The notes under the pieces are model-generated. The model saw only the letters and a program-made list of their open reading frames with translations. It did no database searches and was not told where the DNA came from. A program made the position numbers and the translations under genes. 64,000 bases of DNA from an uncultured archaeon (GTDB lineage: Archaea > Aenigmatarchaeota > Aenigmatarchaeia > CG10238-14 > SCSR01), in NCBI GenBank assembly GCA_964512235.1, contig CAZEGD010000002.1, positions 40,768 to 104,767 on the forward strand, given 5' to 3'. Positions 1 to 8,934 of this stretch are shown in pieces; position 1 is the first letter of the stretch, and each line of letters opens with the position of its first letter.

Positions 1-1124
1 CTTGGGAGTTTGCATACGTCATGGATACTGTAAAGGAAGAGCGTGCACGCGGTCTGACCATAGACATTATGCACAGGCCATTTGAAACTAAGAATTGGTA
101 TTTCACTGTTATTGATGCTCCTGGACACAGAGATTTCGTTAAAAATATGATTACTGGCGCGAGCCAGGCTGATGCTGCTATATTTGTTGTCTCAGCCAAG
201 CAAGGCGAAGGTATACAAGAGCAGACTAAGGAACATGCTTGGCTTTTGAAGGTGCTTGGTGTAAATCAAATTGTTGTTGTACTGAATAAGATGGATACTA
301 CAAAATACGATGAAAAGAGATTTAACGAAGTTAAGGAAGATGTCATCAAATTGCTCAAGATGATAGGCTACAAAGTCGATGAGATTCCATTCATACCGAT
401 ATCTGGTTATGTAGGTGACAATGTAGTTAAGAAATCTGAAAATATGGCATGGTACAAAGGGCCGACCATTATGGAAGTGCTTGACCAGTACATAAAAGAG
501 CCTGAGAAGCCTATAGACAAACCTTTGAGGTTGCCAATCCAGGGTTCCTATTCGATTACTGGAGTCGGTACAGTACCAGTGGGTCGTGTAGAGACTGGTG
601 TGCTCAAGGTGAATGATAAACTTATTTTCGAGCCTTCGGGTACGCAAGGTGAAGTGAAGAGCATTGAAGTCCATCACCAGCAAATTCAAGAAGCTAAGCC
701 AGGTGATAATGTGGGCTTCAACGTACGCGGCATAAGTAAGAATGATGTCAGGAGAGGTGATGTTGCCGGTCATGTGGACAATCCACCTACGGTTGTAAAG
801 GAGTTCACAGCGCAGATAGTCATATTACAGCATCCAACTGTGGTTACAGCAGGCTATACTCCAGTATTCCACTGCCACACATCATCAATAGCATGCACAA
901 TAAAGGAAATAACTGCAAAAATAGATCCAAAGAGTGGACAAGTTACGCAGGAAAAGCCAGATTTTATAAAGACTGGTGATGTTGCACGTGTAGTGGTCGT
1001 GCCAACTAAGCCGATGGTAATAGAGAAGCAGTCAGACTTCCCACAACTTGCAAGATTTGCTATTCGTGACATGGGAATGACAGTAGCGGCTGGCGTTTGC
1101 TTGGACTTAGTGAAAGCAAAATAA
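1..1124 (+). CDS. tuf: Translation elongation factor 1-alpha, 5'-truncated by the window edge (frame continues upstream: WEFAYVMD...)
   Basis: TIDI...[29 protein letters not shown] motifs; beta-barrel domains II and III; ORF open to position 1. Confidence 0.95.
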   Translation, partial: WEFAYVMDTVKEERARGLTIDIMHRPFETKNWYFTVIDAPGHRDFVKNMITGASQADAAIFVVSAKQGEGIQEQTKEHAWLLKVLGVNQIVVVLNKMDTTKYDEKRFNEVKEDVIKLLKMIGYKVDEIPFIPISGYVGDNVVKKSENMAWYKGPTIMEVLDQYIKEPEKPIDKPLRLPIQGSYSITGVGTVPVGRVETGVLKVNDKLIFEPSGTQGEVKSIEVHHQQIQEAKPGDNVGFNVRGISKNDVRRGDVAGHVDNPPTVVKEFTAQIVILQHPTVVTAGYTPVFHCHTSSIACTIKEITAKIDPKSGQVTQEKPDFIKTGDVARVVVVPTKPMVIEKQSDFPQLARFAIRDMGMTVAAGVCLDLVKAK

Positions 1125-1384
1125 AACACGTGGACATATCAGTACTTCATCAAGTGTCATATTTCATATATGATTTAAGGTACTATACTATCTACTACAT
1201 GATACACCACTCTTTGACAAATTAATAATGGTTTGTATCAGAACATTACAATACTGAGCACATGCTCGTGCCATTTCTAAAAGTATTTAAATCAGTATTA
1301 CAATTCAAAATCTAGAAAAATCAGATTAATCAATTAAAATGTAACAACAAAAAGTTTTAAATACTTTAAATTGAGTGATGATGT

Positions 1385-1705
1385 ATGCAAACCGCGAGAA
1401 TAAAACTTTCAGGGCGAAGTCCGAAAGCGCTAAATGATATTAGCGAAGACATAAAAGACATCGCAAAGAAGTTTGGTGTAGATTATAAAGGACCAATCCC
1501 ACTTCCGACAAAAAAATTGAAAGTTGTGACTATGAAAACGCCTTGTGGTGATGGTACTGGGCACGGAAACGCAACATACGATAGATGGGAGATGAGAATC
1601 CATAAGCGATTGATTGACGTACAGGCCGACGATCGTGCATTGAGGCAAATAATGCGTATAGATATACCTGAAGGCATACATGTTAGCATACAACTTAAAG
1701 ATTGA
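1385..1705 (+). CDS. rps10: 30S ribosomal protein S10
   Basis: Typical tuf-rps10 archaeal synteny; 106 aa; IRIKLSG...KGPIPLPT S10 signature. Confidence 0.92.
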   Translation: MQTARIKLSGRSPKALNDISEDIKDIAKKFGVDYKGPIPLPTKKLKVVTMKTPCGDGTGHGNATYDRWEMRIHKRLIDVQADDRALRQIMRIDIPEGIHVSIQLKD

Positions 1706-1770
1706 GATGTTTTGATAAAGAGTGAAAATAATCCTTTATAAATTTATTCGTCAAATATTTTTGTGATGAT

Positions 1771-2232
1771 ATGTTACCACTTGCGCACATGGGAATCGTA
1801 CTATTCGTCGCGTCTTTACTCTATTTGCCTCTCATAGCTGCAATGGTAGGTGGCATATTACCTGATATAGTAGACAAAACATTATTCATTACTGGCTTGG
1901 CACCTTGCGGTAGGTTCTTTGCGCACAGTATATTCTTCGGTCCGATAGTTGCAGGTATAGCTTTTCTCATTACACGACGGAAGGATTTATCATTGGCTCT
2001 TCTGTTGGGGTGTTACATACATCTCATACTAGACATGAGGTATTTCCTGCCGTGGTTCTATCCTCTTGTACAGTATACTTTCTATTGCCCGCCTATAGAG
2101 ATCAGACCAGATTTGATTGCTGTGGTATTTGAAGGTATAGGAGTTTTGTTGATTCCTATCACATTTGTGCTAAAACCTAAAATTAAACATTTAAAAAAAC
2201 TTTTAATCCGTAAACGGAAAAGAGTAGATTAA
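1771..2232 (+). CDS. Hypothetical integral membrane protein (4 TM predicted)
   Basis: Hydrophobic segments throughout; no recognisable motif. Confidence 0.5.
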   Translation: MLPLAHMGIVLFVASLLYLPLIAAMVGGILPDIVDKTLFITGLAPCGRFFAHSIFFGPIVAGIAFLITRRKDLSLALLLGCYIHLILDMRYFLPWFYPLVQYTFYCPPIEIRPDLIAVVFEGIGVLLIPITFVLKPKIKHLKKLLIRKRKRVD

Positions 2233-2871
2233 ATGAAAGATATAAAAAAACTGTTGGTATCCTACGAATCTAAAAGAGATAAGATAAGAAAAAGGTTAAA
2301 GGAGTTCGAAGTGGTGATTGAAAACCATAATGAAGAAATTTTTGCAGAACTCTCTTTCTGCATATGTACGCCGCAATCCAAAGCCAAGTTCTGTGATATT
2401 GCTGTCAAATCGATGCAGAAGAATGGCGCATTATATAGGGGAAATGCCGAAGAACTAAAGCCGTTTCTCAATGCTGTAAGGTTTAGGGATACGAAGGCCG
2501 AGAGAATTGTAGAGGCGAGAGAGCTGTTTACAAAGAATGGTAAATTAAAAATAAAGGATAGGATTTTTTCATTCAATTCACCGGATAAATTGAGAGAGTG
2601 GCTTGTTGAAAATGTCAATGGTTTGGGGATGAAAGAATCTAGCCATTTCATGCGTAATATTGGTTTGGGTACTGGATTTGCCATTTTAGATCGTCATATT
2701 CTGAAGAACTTGAAAGAGTTTGGAGTCATCAACGAAATAAAGCCGCTTACGAAGAAGAGATATATTGAAATCGAAGATTGTATGCAAAAATTTGCTGAAA
2801 AGACTGGGATACCATTGGAAGAACTAGATTTGCTGTTTTGGTCTGAAGAAACTGGCGAAGTTTTTAAGTAA
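2233..2871 (+). CDS. ogg: N-glycosylase/DNA lyase, archaeal Ogg2-type 8-oxoguanine DNA glycosylase (HhH-GPD)
   Basis: HhH motif GLGMKESSHFMRNIG with catalytic Lys, and AILDRHI Asp motif; ~210 aa as in MJ0724-type Ogg2. Confidence 0.8.
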   Translation: MKDIKKLLVSYESKRDKIRKRLKEFEVVIENHNEEIFAELSFCICTPQSKAKFCDIAVKSMQKNGALYRGNAEELKPFLNAVRFRDTKAERIVEARELFTKNGKLKIKDRIFSFNSPDKLREWLVENVNGLGMKESSHFMRNIGLGTGFAILDRHILKNLKEFGVINEIKPLTKKRYIEIEDCMQKFAEKTGIPLEELDLLFWSEETGEVFK

Positions 2872-2891
2872 ACAACTATAGATAAATAAAT

Positions 2892-2975
2892 ATGCACGGT
2901 GAAAAAAGAAAGAGACGGAGAAAAACAAAGATTCGAAGACGGAGAAGGATGAAGAGAAAATTGAAAAGAAAATAA
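2892..2975 (+). CDS. Tiny (27 aa) extremely basic peptide MHGEKRKRRRKTKIRRRRRMKRKLKRK; possibly ribosomal protein L41e-like
   Basis: Intact ATG..TAA ORF in a 413-bp intergenic gap; composition resembles eL41 (25-aa Arg/Lys peptide). Confidence 0.3.
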   Translation: MHGEKRKRRRKTKIRRRRRMKRKLKRK

Positions 2976-3082
2976 CTTGTTTTAATTGTTCAAAAATTAT
3001 TGAATTTTTTTTCGAACATAATTATTTCTAGAAAGTTATGATACATTTATATTTTGTCAAAATAAATTATTTTTAGATAAAA

Positions 3083-3187
3083 ATGGCAGCGAGAAGAAAG
3101 AAATCATCTTCGAGAAGTAAATCGAGAAGCTCATCGAGAAGTAGATCGAGATCGAAAAGCTCATCGAGAAGTAGACGCAGAAGATAA
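3083..3187 (+). CDS. Tiny (34 aa) Ser/Arg-repeat peptide MAARRKKSSSRSKSRSSSRSRSRSKSSSRSRRRR
   Basis: ATG..TAA ORF built from tandem DNA repeats (tcatcgagaagtagatcgag...); protamine/SR-like composition. Confidence 0.3.
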   Translation: MAARRKKSSSRSKSRSSSRSRSRSKSSSRSRRRR

Positions 3188-3285
3188 ATGGAAAGAACAT
3201 TGCAAATTCTTCGATTCTAATTAGTATTTTCTACATGCTTTAATAGTTTCTTGCATAAATGCTACAATAAATAATATAGAATATA

Positions 3286-4170
3286 GTGATTGTCGTGGAT
3301 GAAGAAGCTCTAAAGAATTACAAAAAAGCACAGAGTATATCGATTAGTACAATGATTTATGCGAAGACTTTAGTGAAGGAAGGCGCCAAAATTCTGGACG
3401 TTGCGGAAAAAATAGAAGACAAAATAATACAGCTTGGTGGTAAGATTGGATTTCCAGTGAACATATCAATCAATGACATAGCTGCGCACTATACTCCTGA
3501 TATAAATGATGATACAATACTTAGCGTGGGTGATCTTGTAAAGATAGATGTTGGTGTACATGTAGAAGGTTACATATGGGATAAGGCGTCTACTGTTTGC
3601 ATCGGTCAGAAAAAACATCCGCTTATAGAAGCGTCTGAAAAAGCTCTGGATGCGGCAACCAAACTGATAAAGGTTGGGACGAAAGTTTTTGAAATATCTG
3701 AAGTTGTAGAGTCGGTAGTGCAAGAACTTGGCTTCAACCCGATACGCAATCTCTGTGGGCATGGTCTGCAGCGCTATAACACTCACACCAGTCCATCTAT
3801 ACCAAACGGTAGAAATAATATAAAAGATGAAATCCAACCTGACAGCGTAATAGCTATGGAAGTCTTTACGACGGACGGTGGTGGATGGGTTAAAGAATCA
3901 AATCGGGCTCTAATATTCTCGTTTCTGCAAGACAAACCTGTACGGATGTGGGATGCCAGGCAAATATTGCAATTGTCAGTAGAAGAGTTTGAAACGCTTC
4001 CATTTGCAAAGCGGTGGCTGTCCAACAAAAAATTCAAGATGTCCGAGCTGAAGATTGACATGGCGTTGCGGCAATTGTTGGACGTTGGTGCGCTCAGACA
4101 ATATCCAATATTACGCGAAGAGAGTGGTGGTGTAGTAGCACAGACTGAGGATGATGTAATCGTAAAATAA
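3286..4170 (+). CDS. map: Methionine aminopeptidase, type 2 (archaeal)
   Basis: GTG start; pita-bread fold metal ligands (D..D..H..E..E) and archaeal MetAP2 C-terminal region; 294 aa. Confidence 0.88.
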   Translation: MIVVDEEALKNYKKAQSISISTMIYAKTLVKEGAKILDVAEKIEDKIIQLGGKIGFPVNISINDIAAHYTPDINDDTILSVGDLVKIDVGVHVEGYIWDKASTVCIGQKKHPLIEASEKALDAATKLIKVGTKVFEISEVVESVVQELGFNPIRNLCGHGLQRYNTHTSPSIPNGRNNIKDEIQPDSVIAMEVFTTDGGGWVKESNRALIFSFLQDKPVRMWDARQILQLSVEEFETLPFAKRWLSNKKFKMSELKIDMALRQLLDVGALRQYPILREESGGVVAQTEDDVIVK

Positions 4171-4188
4171 TGTTCATTTTATTTCTCG

Positions 4189-4905
4189 TTAAGAAATTAC
4201 TTCCGAATTTTCCAGCTGTTCGTCATATCCAATCGATTCGTCAGTGACTTTTACGACAGGTTTTAGCATATAGCCGTCAGCCGTACGAGATACTGACTTC
4301 TCGACATCAAAATCTATTGTAACAACAGTCGTCTTGTCTGCATCTATGGAAAACTGGTGCGCCGTCTTTAGTTCATTGCTAGGTACTATCATTGGATAGA
4401 CTTTGCCCGTATATATCCCAAATATAGTGTTCTTTACAGTTACATTCGCCTCAATTATGTACATTCTTATCTGTGTGTATTTTCCAGGTACCATCACATT
4501 TTCGCCTATTATCGCTATGATGTCTGTATATTCTAGCAATTCAATCGTATTCACATCGCTCGATACTAATATCCACTCACCTTCAGTCTCGTTTGCCTCG
4601 CTATCAGGTACGTGATGGGCTGTTATATTGCCTATTTTCATGCTTATGTTAAGCACGACATTGCCTCCAGGGAGATGATACTGCACGTCTTTGACAGCGA
4701 CTAACAATCTGCCTAGCTCTGCTTGTGTAGGCAGGACTGTAGTCGTGGTTGTGGTAGTTGTTGTAGTTGTAGCAGTCGGTTGCTGCTCGGTCGGATAAAA
4801 CAATGCGTACAATGATAGAAGTGAAAGTAGGAGAAGGGCTACTACGCTTACAATAAGTCTACTGTTCCACTTCTTCTTTGTCCTGTATTTGTATTTAAAT
4901 GCCAT
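4189..4905 (-). CDS. Secreted/membrane-anchored protein with poly-Thr (T11) linker and many N-glycosylation sequons
   Basis: N-terminal basic segment plus a hydrophobic anchor; TTTTTTTTTTT run; sequons NIS, NIT, NET, NVT. Confidence 0.6.
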   Translation of the reverse strand: MAFKYKYRTKKKWNSRLIVSVVALLLLSLLSLYALFYPTEQQPTATTTTTTTTTTTVLPTQAELGRLLVAVKDVQYHLPGGNVVLNISMKIGNITAHHVPDSEANETEGEWILVSSDVNTIELLEYTDIIAIIGENVMVPGKYTQIRMYIIEANVTVKNTIFGIYTGKVYPMIVPSNELKTAHQFSIDADKTTVVTIDFDVEKSVSRTADGYMLKPVVKVTDESIGYDEQLENSEVIS

Positions 4906-5004
4906 TCTAAGACCCTTGAAATTAATTTATCTTCCTTAGAAATAAAGCTTAAATTACCGTAAAAAAAGAGTTTAATTAAAGATTGTGAAAAGGAAAGGTG
5001 ATAA

Positions 5005-5190
5005 TTGATGGCTTATTCACATACAAACAGCAGAGGCCAGGCATACTGGCTGCATTCGAGAGAGGGGAAAGGCGGTTCAAAGCTTTTCTTCTTTAGTAAG
5101 AAGTCAGAAGATTCTGTCGATTTGCCCGAGCATCTGGAAGTCTTTGAAAATGAAAGAACGGGTCTGCCAATGGTAAGAAGAAAGAAGTGA
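5005..5190 (+). CDS. Small hypothetical protein (61 aa)
   Basis: ORF with an upstream purine-rich stretch; no recognisable domain. Confidence 0.4.
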   Translation: MMAYSHTNSRGQAYWLHSREGKGGSKLFFFSKKSEDSVDLPEHLEVFENERTGLPMVRRKK

Positions 5191-5211
5191 AATTAAACGG
5201 ATGTTAAAAAT

Positions 5212-5391
5212 ATGGCTGCAAAGAAAGTTATTTGCGAATATGAGCATAAAGGGAAAATGTTGATAATTCTCGGACTCCTTGCAATAGTGTATGGTGTTCT
5301 GCGGATTTATGGCCTAAGCATACCACAAATTGCAATTGTAGTCGGTGCTTTGCTCATGCTAAAGGGTATTATGCTCAAATATAAAAAATAA
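5212..5391 (+). CDS. Small membrane protein (59 aa, 2 TM)
   Basis: MAAKKVICEYEHKGKMLIILGLLAIVYGVLRIYGLSIPQIAIVVGALLMLKGIMLKYKK; sits below the ORF-track length cutoff. Confidence 0.35.
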   Translation: MAAKKVICEYEHKGKMLIILGLLAIVYGVLRIYGLSIPQIAIVVGALLMLKGIMLKYKK

Positions 5392-5444
5392 AAACCAGAT
5401 GCAGTACAATTTAAGTCTCGAAAAGAAAAAGTTATTTAGATTGT

Positions 5445-5627
5445 ATGCGCAAGATATGCGACTGGTGCAAGAAACCTGTGAAGAAAGTCGGGAAGCTCTT
5501 CAAAGCAGATTATCTTATGTTGTGTAAAGATTGTAGGAAGAAGTACAAGGCGAAGAAGAGTAAGAGAAAAGGAAAGTTGGTTGGAAGAATAATGTCAATA
5601 AAGAGGATATTTAAATTCAAGCGCTGA
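5445..5627 (+). CDS. Lys-rich zinc-ribbon protein (CxxC...CxxC)
   Basis: CDWCKK...LCKDCRKK followed by a basic tail; paralog-like to the 7852..8034 protein. Confidence 0.55.
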   Translation: MRKICDWCKKPVKKVGKLFKADYLMLCKDCRKKYKAKKSKRKGKLVGRIMSIKRIFKFKR

Positions 5628-5722
5628 CTGTTTTACCCTTTAATCAAGTTCTTAAGTTATATCTAACATATAATAAGTAAAAATGCGCCGACTAGTGCTA
5701 TATGTGGAGTTGAACAAAAAAA

Positions 5723-6001
5723 ATGAGAAAGGATACGGCCGAAAACATCATAAAAATCGTAAACTGCCTTAAACGGGCTGAGGGTGGATGGTTATGGATC
5801 AGGGAGATCGCCAGGCGTTGCGATCTGCACCACAAGACAGTTTCAAGGCTTGTTGGCAACCATCTATCGATGTTTGTTGAGGAGCAGAAGTTTGAGCCGT
5901 TCAATGTCCGGATGCTGAAGCTGAAGCCTGGAACTGATCAAGATAAGATATTCCATTTTTTGTCAATCAAGGAGCGTATAGACAACAAAAATAAGGGTTA
6001 A
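5723..6001 (+). CDS. Winged-helix DNA-binding protein
   Basis: 92 aa; helix-turn-helix pattern IREIARRCDLHHKTVSRLV. Confidence 0.5.
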   Translation: MRKDTAENIIKIVNCLKRAEGGWLWIREIARRCDLHHKTVSRLVGNHLSMFVEEQKFEPFNVRMLKLKPGTDQDKIFHFLSIKERIDNKNKG

Positions 6002-6039
6002 GCTTTTATTTTAGTTTACACGTATTATTGTGAGTCGAT

Positions 6040-6468
6040 ATGATTTTGTCTGTTAAACAGCGTAAAATTAAGATGCTAGAACGCCTTCTAAAGGGGGATT
6101 TGGAGAAAATAGCAGAAATAGAGCATATTCCAATTGAAGGAACGAAAGAAGATATTCTAAATAAATTAGCCAGTCGCTTGAATCTTCAAAGGACGAGAGA
6201 TTATGTAAAAAAGCTTGTTCTACGTCAAGTATTCGATGTATTCAGCCATGAATTGGTACCAAAGCATAAGGTGCTCTCAGAAAAGGAGAAAGAAATGCTT
6301 CTAGATCAATACAAGATTACAATAGGACAACTACCGAGGATAGCTATTAGAGACTCTGCTGTGCTCTCCATAGATGCAAAACCAGGCGATATCATAGAAA
6401 TAAGTAGGAAAAGCCCTATAGCAGGTGAAATAAAGTATTATAGGGTAGTTATGAGACCAAAGAAGTAA
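6040..6468 (+). CDS. rpoH: DNA-directed RNA polymerase subunit H (Rpb5 homolog) with a ~60-aa N-terminal extension
   Basis: C-terminal 75 aa ([28 protein letters not shown]...[23 protein letters not shown]) match archaeal RpoH; the N-terminal 60-65 aa are extra. Confidence 0.85.
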   Translation: MILSVKQRKIKMLERLLKGDLEKIAEIEHIPIEGTKEDILNKLASRLNLQRTRDYVKKLVLRQVFDVFSHELVPKHKVLSEKEKEMLLDQYKITIGQLPRIAIRDSAVLSIDAKPGDIIEISRKSPIAGEIKYYRVVMRPKK

Positions 6469-6514
6469 TTTGAGCCTTTTTCTATCAAGTGATTCAATCG
6501 ATTGAATCGCTTTC

Positions 6515-7249
6515 CTATGGACTTTTGTACCTTACCCAACCCTTTCCGTCCCGTCGGAATCTCTCTATCTCGTTGGTCCTCTTCATAGTGTTCGATAGAA
6601 GTCCGCGCAACGCAGAGGTAGTAATGCTTAGTCGTGTAGCCATATCCTTGTAGCTCAGTTCGCCTACAGATCTGACGACTGAAACTAGCTCCTTCATCTT
6701 TGTAGAGAGTGGTATTTGGCTTCTCATTGTCTCTATTTCCCTTAGAATATCTGTCTTTATTGGTTCAGGAGCTTTGACTGCAACCCTCTGGAGCCTATCG
6801 AGAACCGATTGAATCGATTTGAATCGGTTCTGAACGCTTACATCATGTCTTTCCACTGCTTTTCTGATATTTTCAAGATTCTCAATCAATTCTGGTGTCT
6901 GATCGTCAAATTCGGTCTTAAACCAATCTTTTGTTACCATCTGTCTTTCTATACGTGAAAGAGAGCGCTCAACCTCCTTGATACTCTTTCCGGTGTAGCC
7001 AGCAGCGAGTCCAAGTTGAAAAGAATCCTTTTCGAGAGCCGTTACTTCTGGTTTCGGGGTGGGAGCTATTCGATTCTTGGTAGTTCCCCGTCCCGTTACA
7101 ATTAACGCCTCCCGTTCAGGAAGTTCTCTATACTTCTGCCTAGCGATTGAATCGATTGAATCGCTTTCAATCGATGATTCAATCGATTGAATCGATTGAA
7201 TCGCTTTTTTCCGTCCCATTAGCCGCTTCAATCGATTAAAAATACCCAT
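6515..7249 (-). CDS. Hypothetical protein with N-terminal IQSIESSIDS repeats and a C-terminal winged helix
   Basis: Coding sequence contains GATTGAATCG-type DNA repeats; C-terminal H-T-H plus wing (SYKDMATRLSITTSALRGLL...GKGWVRYK). Confidence 0.6.
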   Translation of the reverse strand: MGIFNRLKRLMGRKKAIQSIQSIESSIESDSIDSIARQKYRELPEREALIVTGRGTTKNRIAPTPKPEVTALEKDSFQLGLAAGYTGKSIKEVERSLSRIERQMVTKDWFKTEFDDQTPELIENLENIRKAVERHDVSVQNRFKSIQSVLDRLQRVAVKAPEPIKTDILREIETMRSQIPLSTKMKELVSVVRSVGELSYKDMATRLSITTSALRGLLSNTMKRTNEIERFRRDGKGWVRYKSP

Positions 7250-7293
7250 AAAATCTATTAATTTTTTGGTTTTCCAGCTATTTATACGTTCGC

Positions 7294-7494
7294 CTCACAC
7301 GAACCCTCACGAAATTTCACATAGTCTTAAACTCACAGACTTCTGCGCAATACAATCCTCACAGGCTAATAAGCGGTCTTATGTTCACTTGCCTCTGCAA
7401 GCAGCATATCAGATCCACTGCTCTCTGAACTCTCACTTTCTCTCACTGTTTCCGGACACGCAAAGTGCACCACGCGTCATGGCTACCACTCACC
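7294..7494. repeat. Array of ~10 CTCAC / TTCAC pentamer iterons spaced 10-30 bp apart in non-coding DNA
   Basis: CTCAC at 7294, 7306, 7332, 7358, 7432, 7442, 7489; TTCAC or CCACT at 7316, 7384, 7414. Confidence 0.5.
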
Positions 7495-7580
7495 TCATCT
7501 TTTATATACTATAATATATAGTTATATCATATTATGTTATCACAATTATTTTATAACATATATTATACAGTATATCTTGT
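7495..7580. other. Extreme AT-rich tract (DUE-like) between the iteron array and the dispersed repeats
   Basis: ttttatatactataatatatagttatatcatattatgttatcacaattattttataacatatattatacag. Confidence 0.4.
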
Positions 7581-7586
7581 AGATGG

Positions 7587-7626
7587 TGTAAACTCTCACT
7601 TATGCACCATATGTGAACCGATTGGG
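7587..7626 (+). repeat. Dispersed repeat copy A (TGTAAACTCTCAC-N3-TGCACCA...GATTGG)
   Basis: Shares TGTAAACTCTCACnnnTGCnCCA..TG..GATTGG with copy C at 8333. Confidence 0.5.
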
Positions 7627-7810
7627 TAGCCCATTTGGGAGAGTCTCTTGTCGAAGAGAGCGTAAAGTATATATTGTATATATGCATAATGCACAATATT
7701 CAACATTAGAGAGTGGAAATAGACATTCTTTTATAAGAGTATGTTAAATTATATTATAGAACATATGCTTTTATACGAAAATCGTAGCAAAGCTGTGTAA
7801 AATGTTGGGG

Positions 7811-7860
7811 AACTCTCACAAGTGCACAGTCTATACATAGCACTGGCGCACTTACCTCTT
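7811..7860 (+). repeat. Dispersed repeat copy B (AACTCTCACaagTGCACAG...TGGCGCACTTaCCTCTT)
   Basis: ~50-bp element alignable with copy D; lies at the 3' end of minus-strand gene 7852..8034. Confidence 0.5.
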
Positions 7861-8034
7861 TAAAGCTTTTCTTATCTTCTTTAGACATGCTGGACAGACG
7901 ACTAAAAAGCGGTATTTGCGGTAATCTGATCTTAATCTGTAAGATTTGCCCTTTTTGAGGCAGAAATCACATGTCCCACGTGGATGACCTGCTTCAATCC
8001 TTATCTTTTTAACTCCTGAGACTCCTATGGCCAT
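7852..8034 (-). CDS. Lys/Arg-rich zinc-ribbon protein (60 aa)
   Basis: CDFCLKK...VVCPACLKKIRKALKR; flanked on both sides by repeat copies B and D. Confidence 0.5.
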   Translation of the reverse strand: MAIGVSGVKKIRIEAGHPRGTCDFCLKKGKSYRLRSDYRKYRFLVVCPACLKKIRKALKR

Positions 8035-8060
8035 ATTATTATATTGTTTTCCAGGTGTTT

Positions 8061-8110
8061 AAGTCTCACATCTGCTCAGTCCCTAGGCAGAAGTGGCGCA
8101 CTTCTCTTAG
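8061..8110 (+). repeat. Dispersed repeat copy D (AAGTCTCACatcTGCTCAG...TGGCGCACTTCTCTTAG)
   Basis: Aligns with copy B over ~50 bp; ~25 bp upstream of the start codon of 7852..8034. Confidence 0.5.
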
Positions 8111-8268
8111 TAAAATGGGTTGAAAAATTGTCTCAAAATGAGACAAAAATTATACAACTTTCCATAAATCAATAGTTTTACTCTTTCTAGAAGTCTTTGG
8201 TCAATGGGCTTGATTATTCGTTCTCTCTCTTATGTATAAAAAGTATAAAATAGAGTATATTTCCTCGT

Positions 8269-8934
8269 ATGGTAGGGTCATTCTCTATATATAGAAAGTA
8301 TAAATATATGGAAAAGAATAGAATAATTAGAAAATATGTAAACTCTCACAAATGCGCCAGTGATTGGATGAAGTTAAGAGATGGGATTGAGCTTGCTGAA
8401 AGGTACGGGGCATCAGAAAAAAGGATTGAATTTGTAAGTAATTTATTCACACAGGCTGATATTAGGTACGAATATTTTTCTGAGAGTGCTATAGTTGCCG
8501 GTTTTATAAATAATAATGCCATAGTTGTGAAGGAAGAGATTGCACCTGACTTGGAAAGTATTAAACTTGATAAAAGTGAGTTGAAATTTGTCAGACAACC
8601 ACAAAAAGACGATAAAATCGCATCAATTAGGTTACTTAAAACTCTAGGATTTGAATTCGCTGGCACAGAAATAAGATACAATGGTGGAACAGTAGATGTT
8701 TTGGGTTGTGGTAAAGGCAAAATTATTGCTGTAGAGTGCGGTCCTTGTAGAATTAACAAGGCTGTAGACTATTTAGAGAAGGAAAATACTGAATTGTGGC
8801 TGATTCCTGTTGACTTCTGGCAGAATAAGAAGTTTTTCATAGTTTCACGTGGTCCAAACTGGAAGGATTTTCATGATTTTCACAAAAAATACCAAATTAA
8901 AGTGCTAAAAACTGGAAAGGTGGTGGGAATATGA
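8269..8934 (+). CDS. Hypothetical protein, possibly restriction-endonuclease-like (PD-(D/E)xK) fold; true start may be internal (ATG 8308 or 8367)
   Basis: TVDVLGCGKGKIIAVECG resembles a D...E.K nuclease core; repeat copy C lies inside the 5' end. Confidence 0.35.
   Translation: MVGSFSIYRKYKYMEKNRIIRKYVNSHKCASDWMKLRDGIELAERYGASEKRIEFVSNLFTQADIRYEYFSESAIVAGFINNNAIVVKEEIAPDLESIKLDKSELKFVRQPQKDDKIASIRLLKTLGFEFAGTEIRYNGGTVDVLGCGKGKIIAVECGPCRINKAVDYLEKENTELWLIPVDFWQNKKFFIVSRGPNWKDFHDFHKKYQIKVLKTGKVVGI
8333..8364 (+). repeat. Dispersed repeat copy C (TGTAAACTCTCACaaaTGCGCCAGTGATTGG)
   Basis: See copy A. Confidence 0.5.

Noticed and set aside
7266-7514. 82-aa plus-strand ORF
   Set aside because: Covers the CTCAC iteron array and has a His/Ser/Leu-biased low-complexity translation. 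More likely non-coding.
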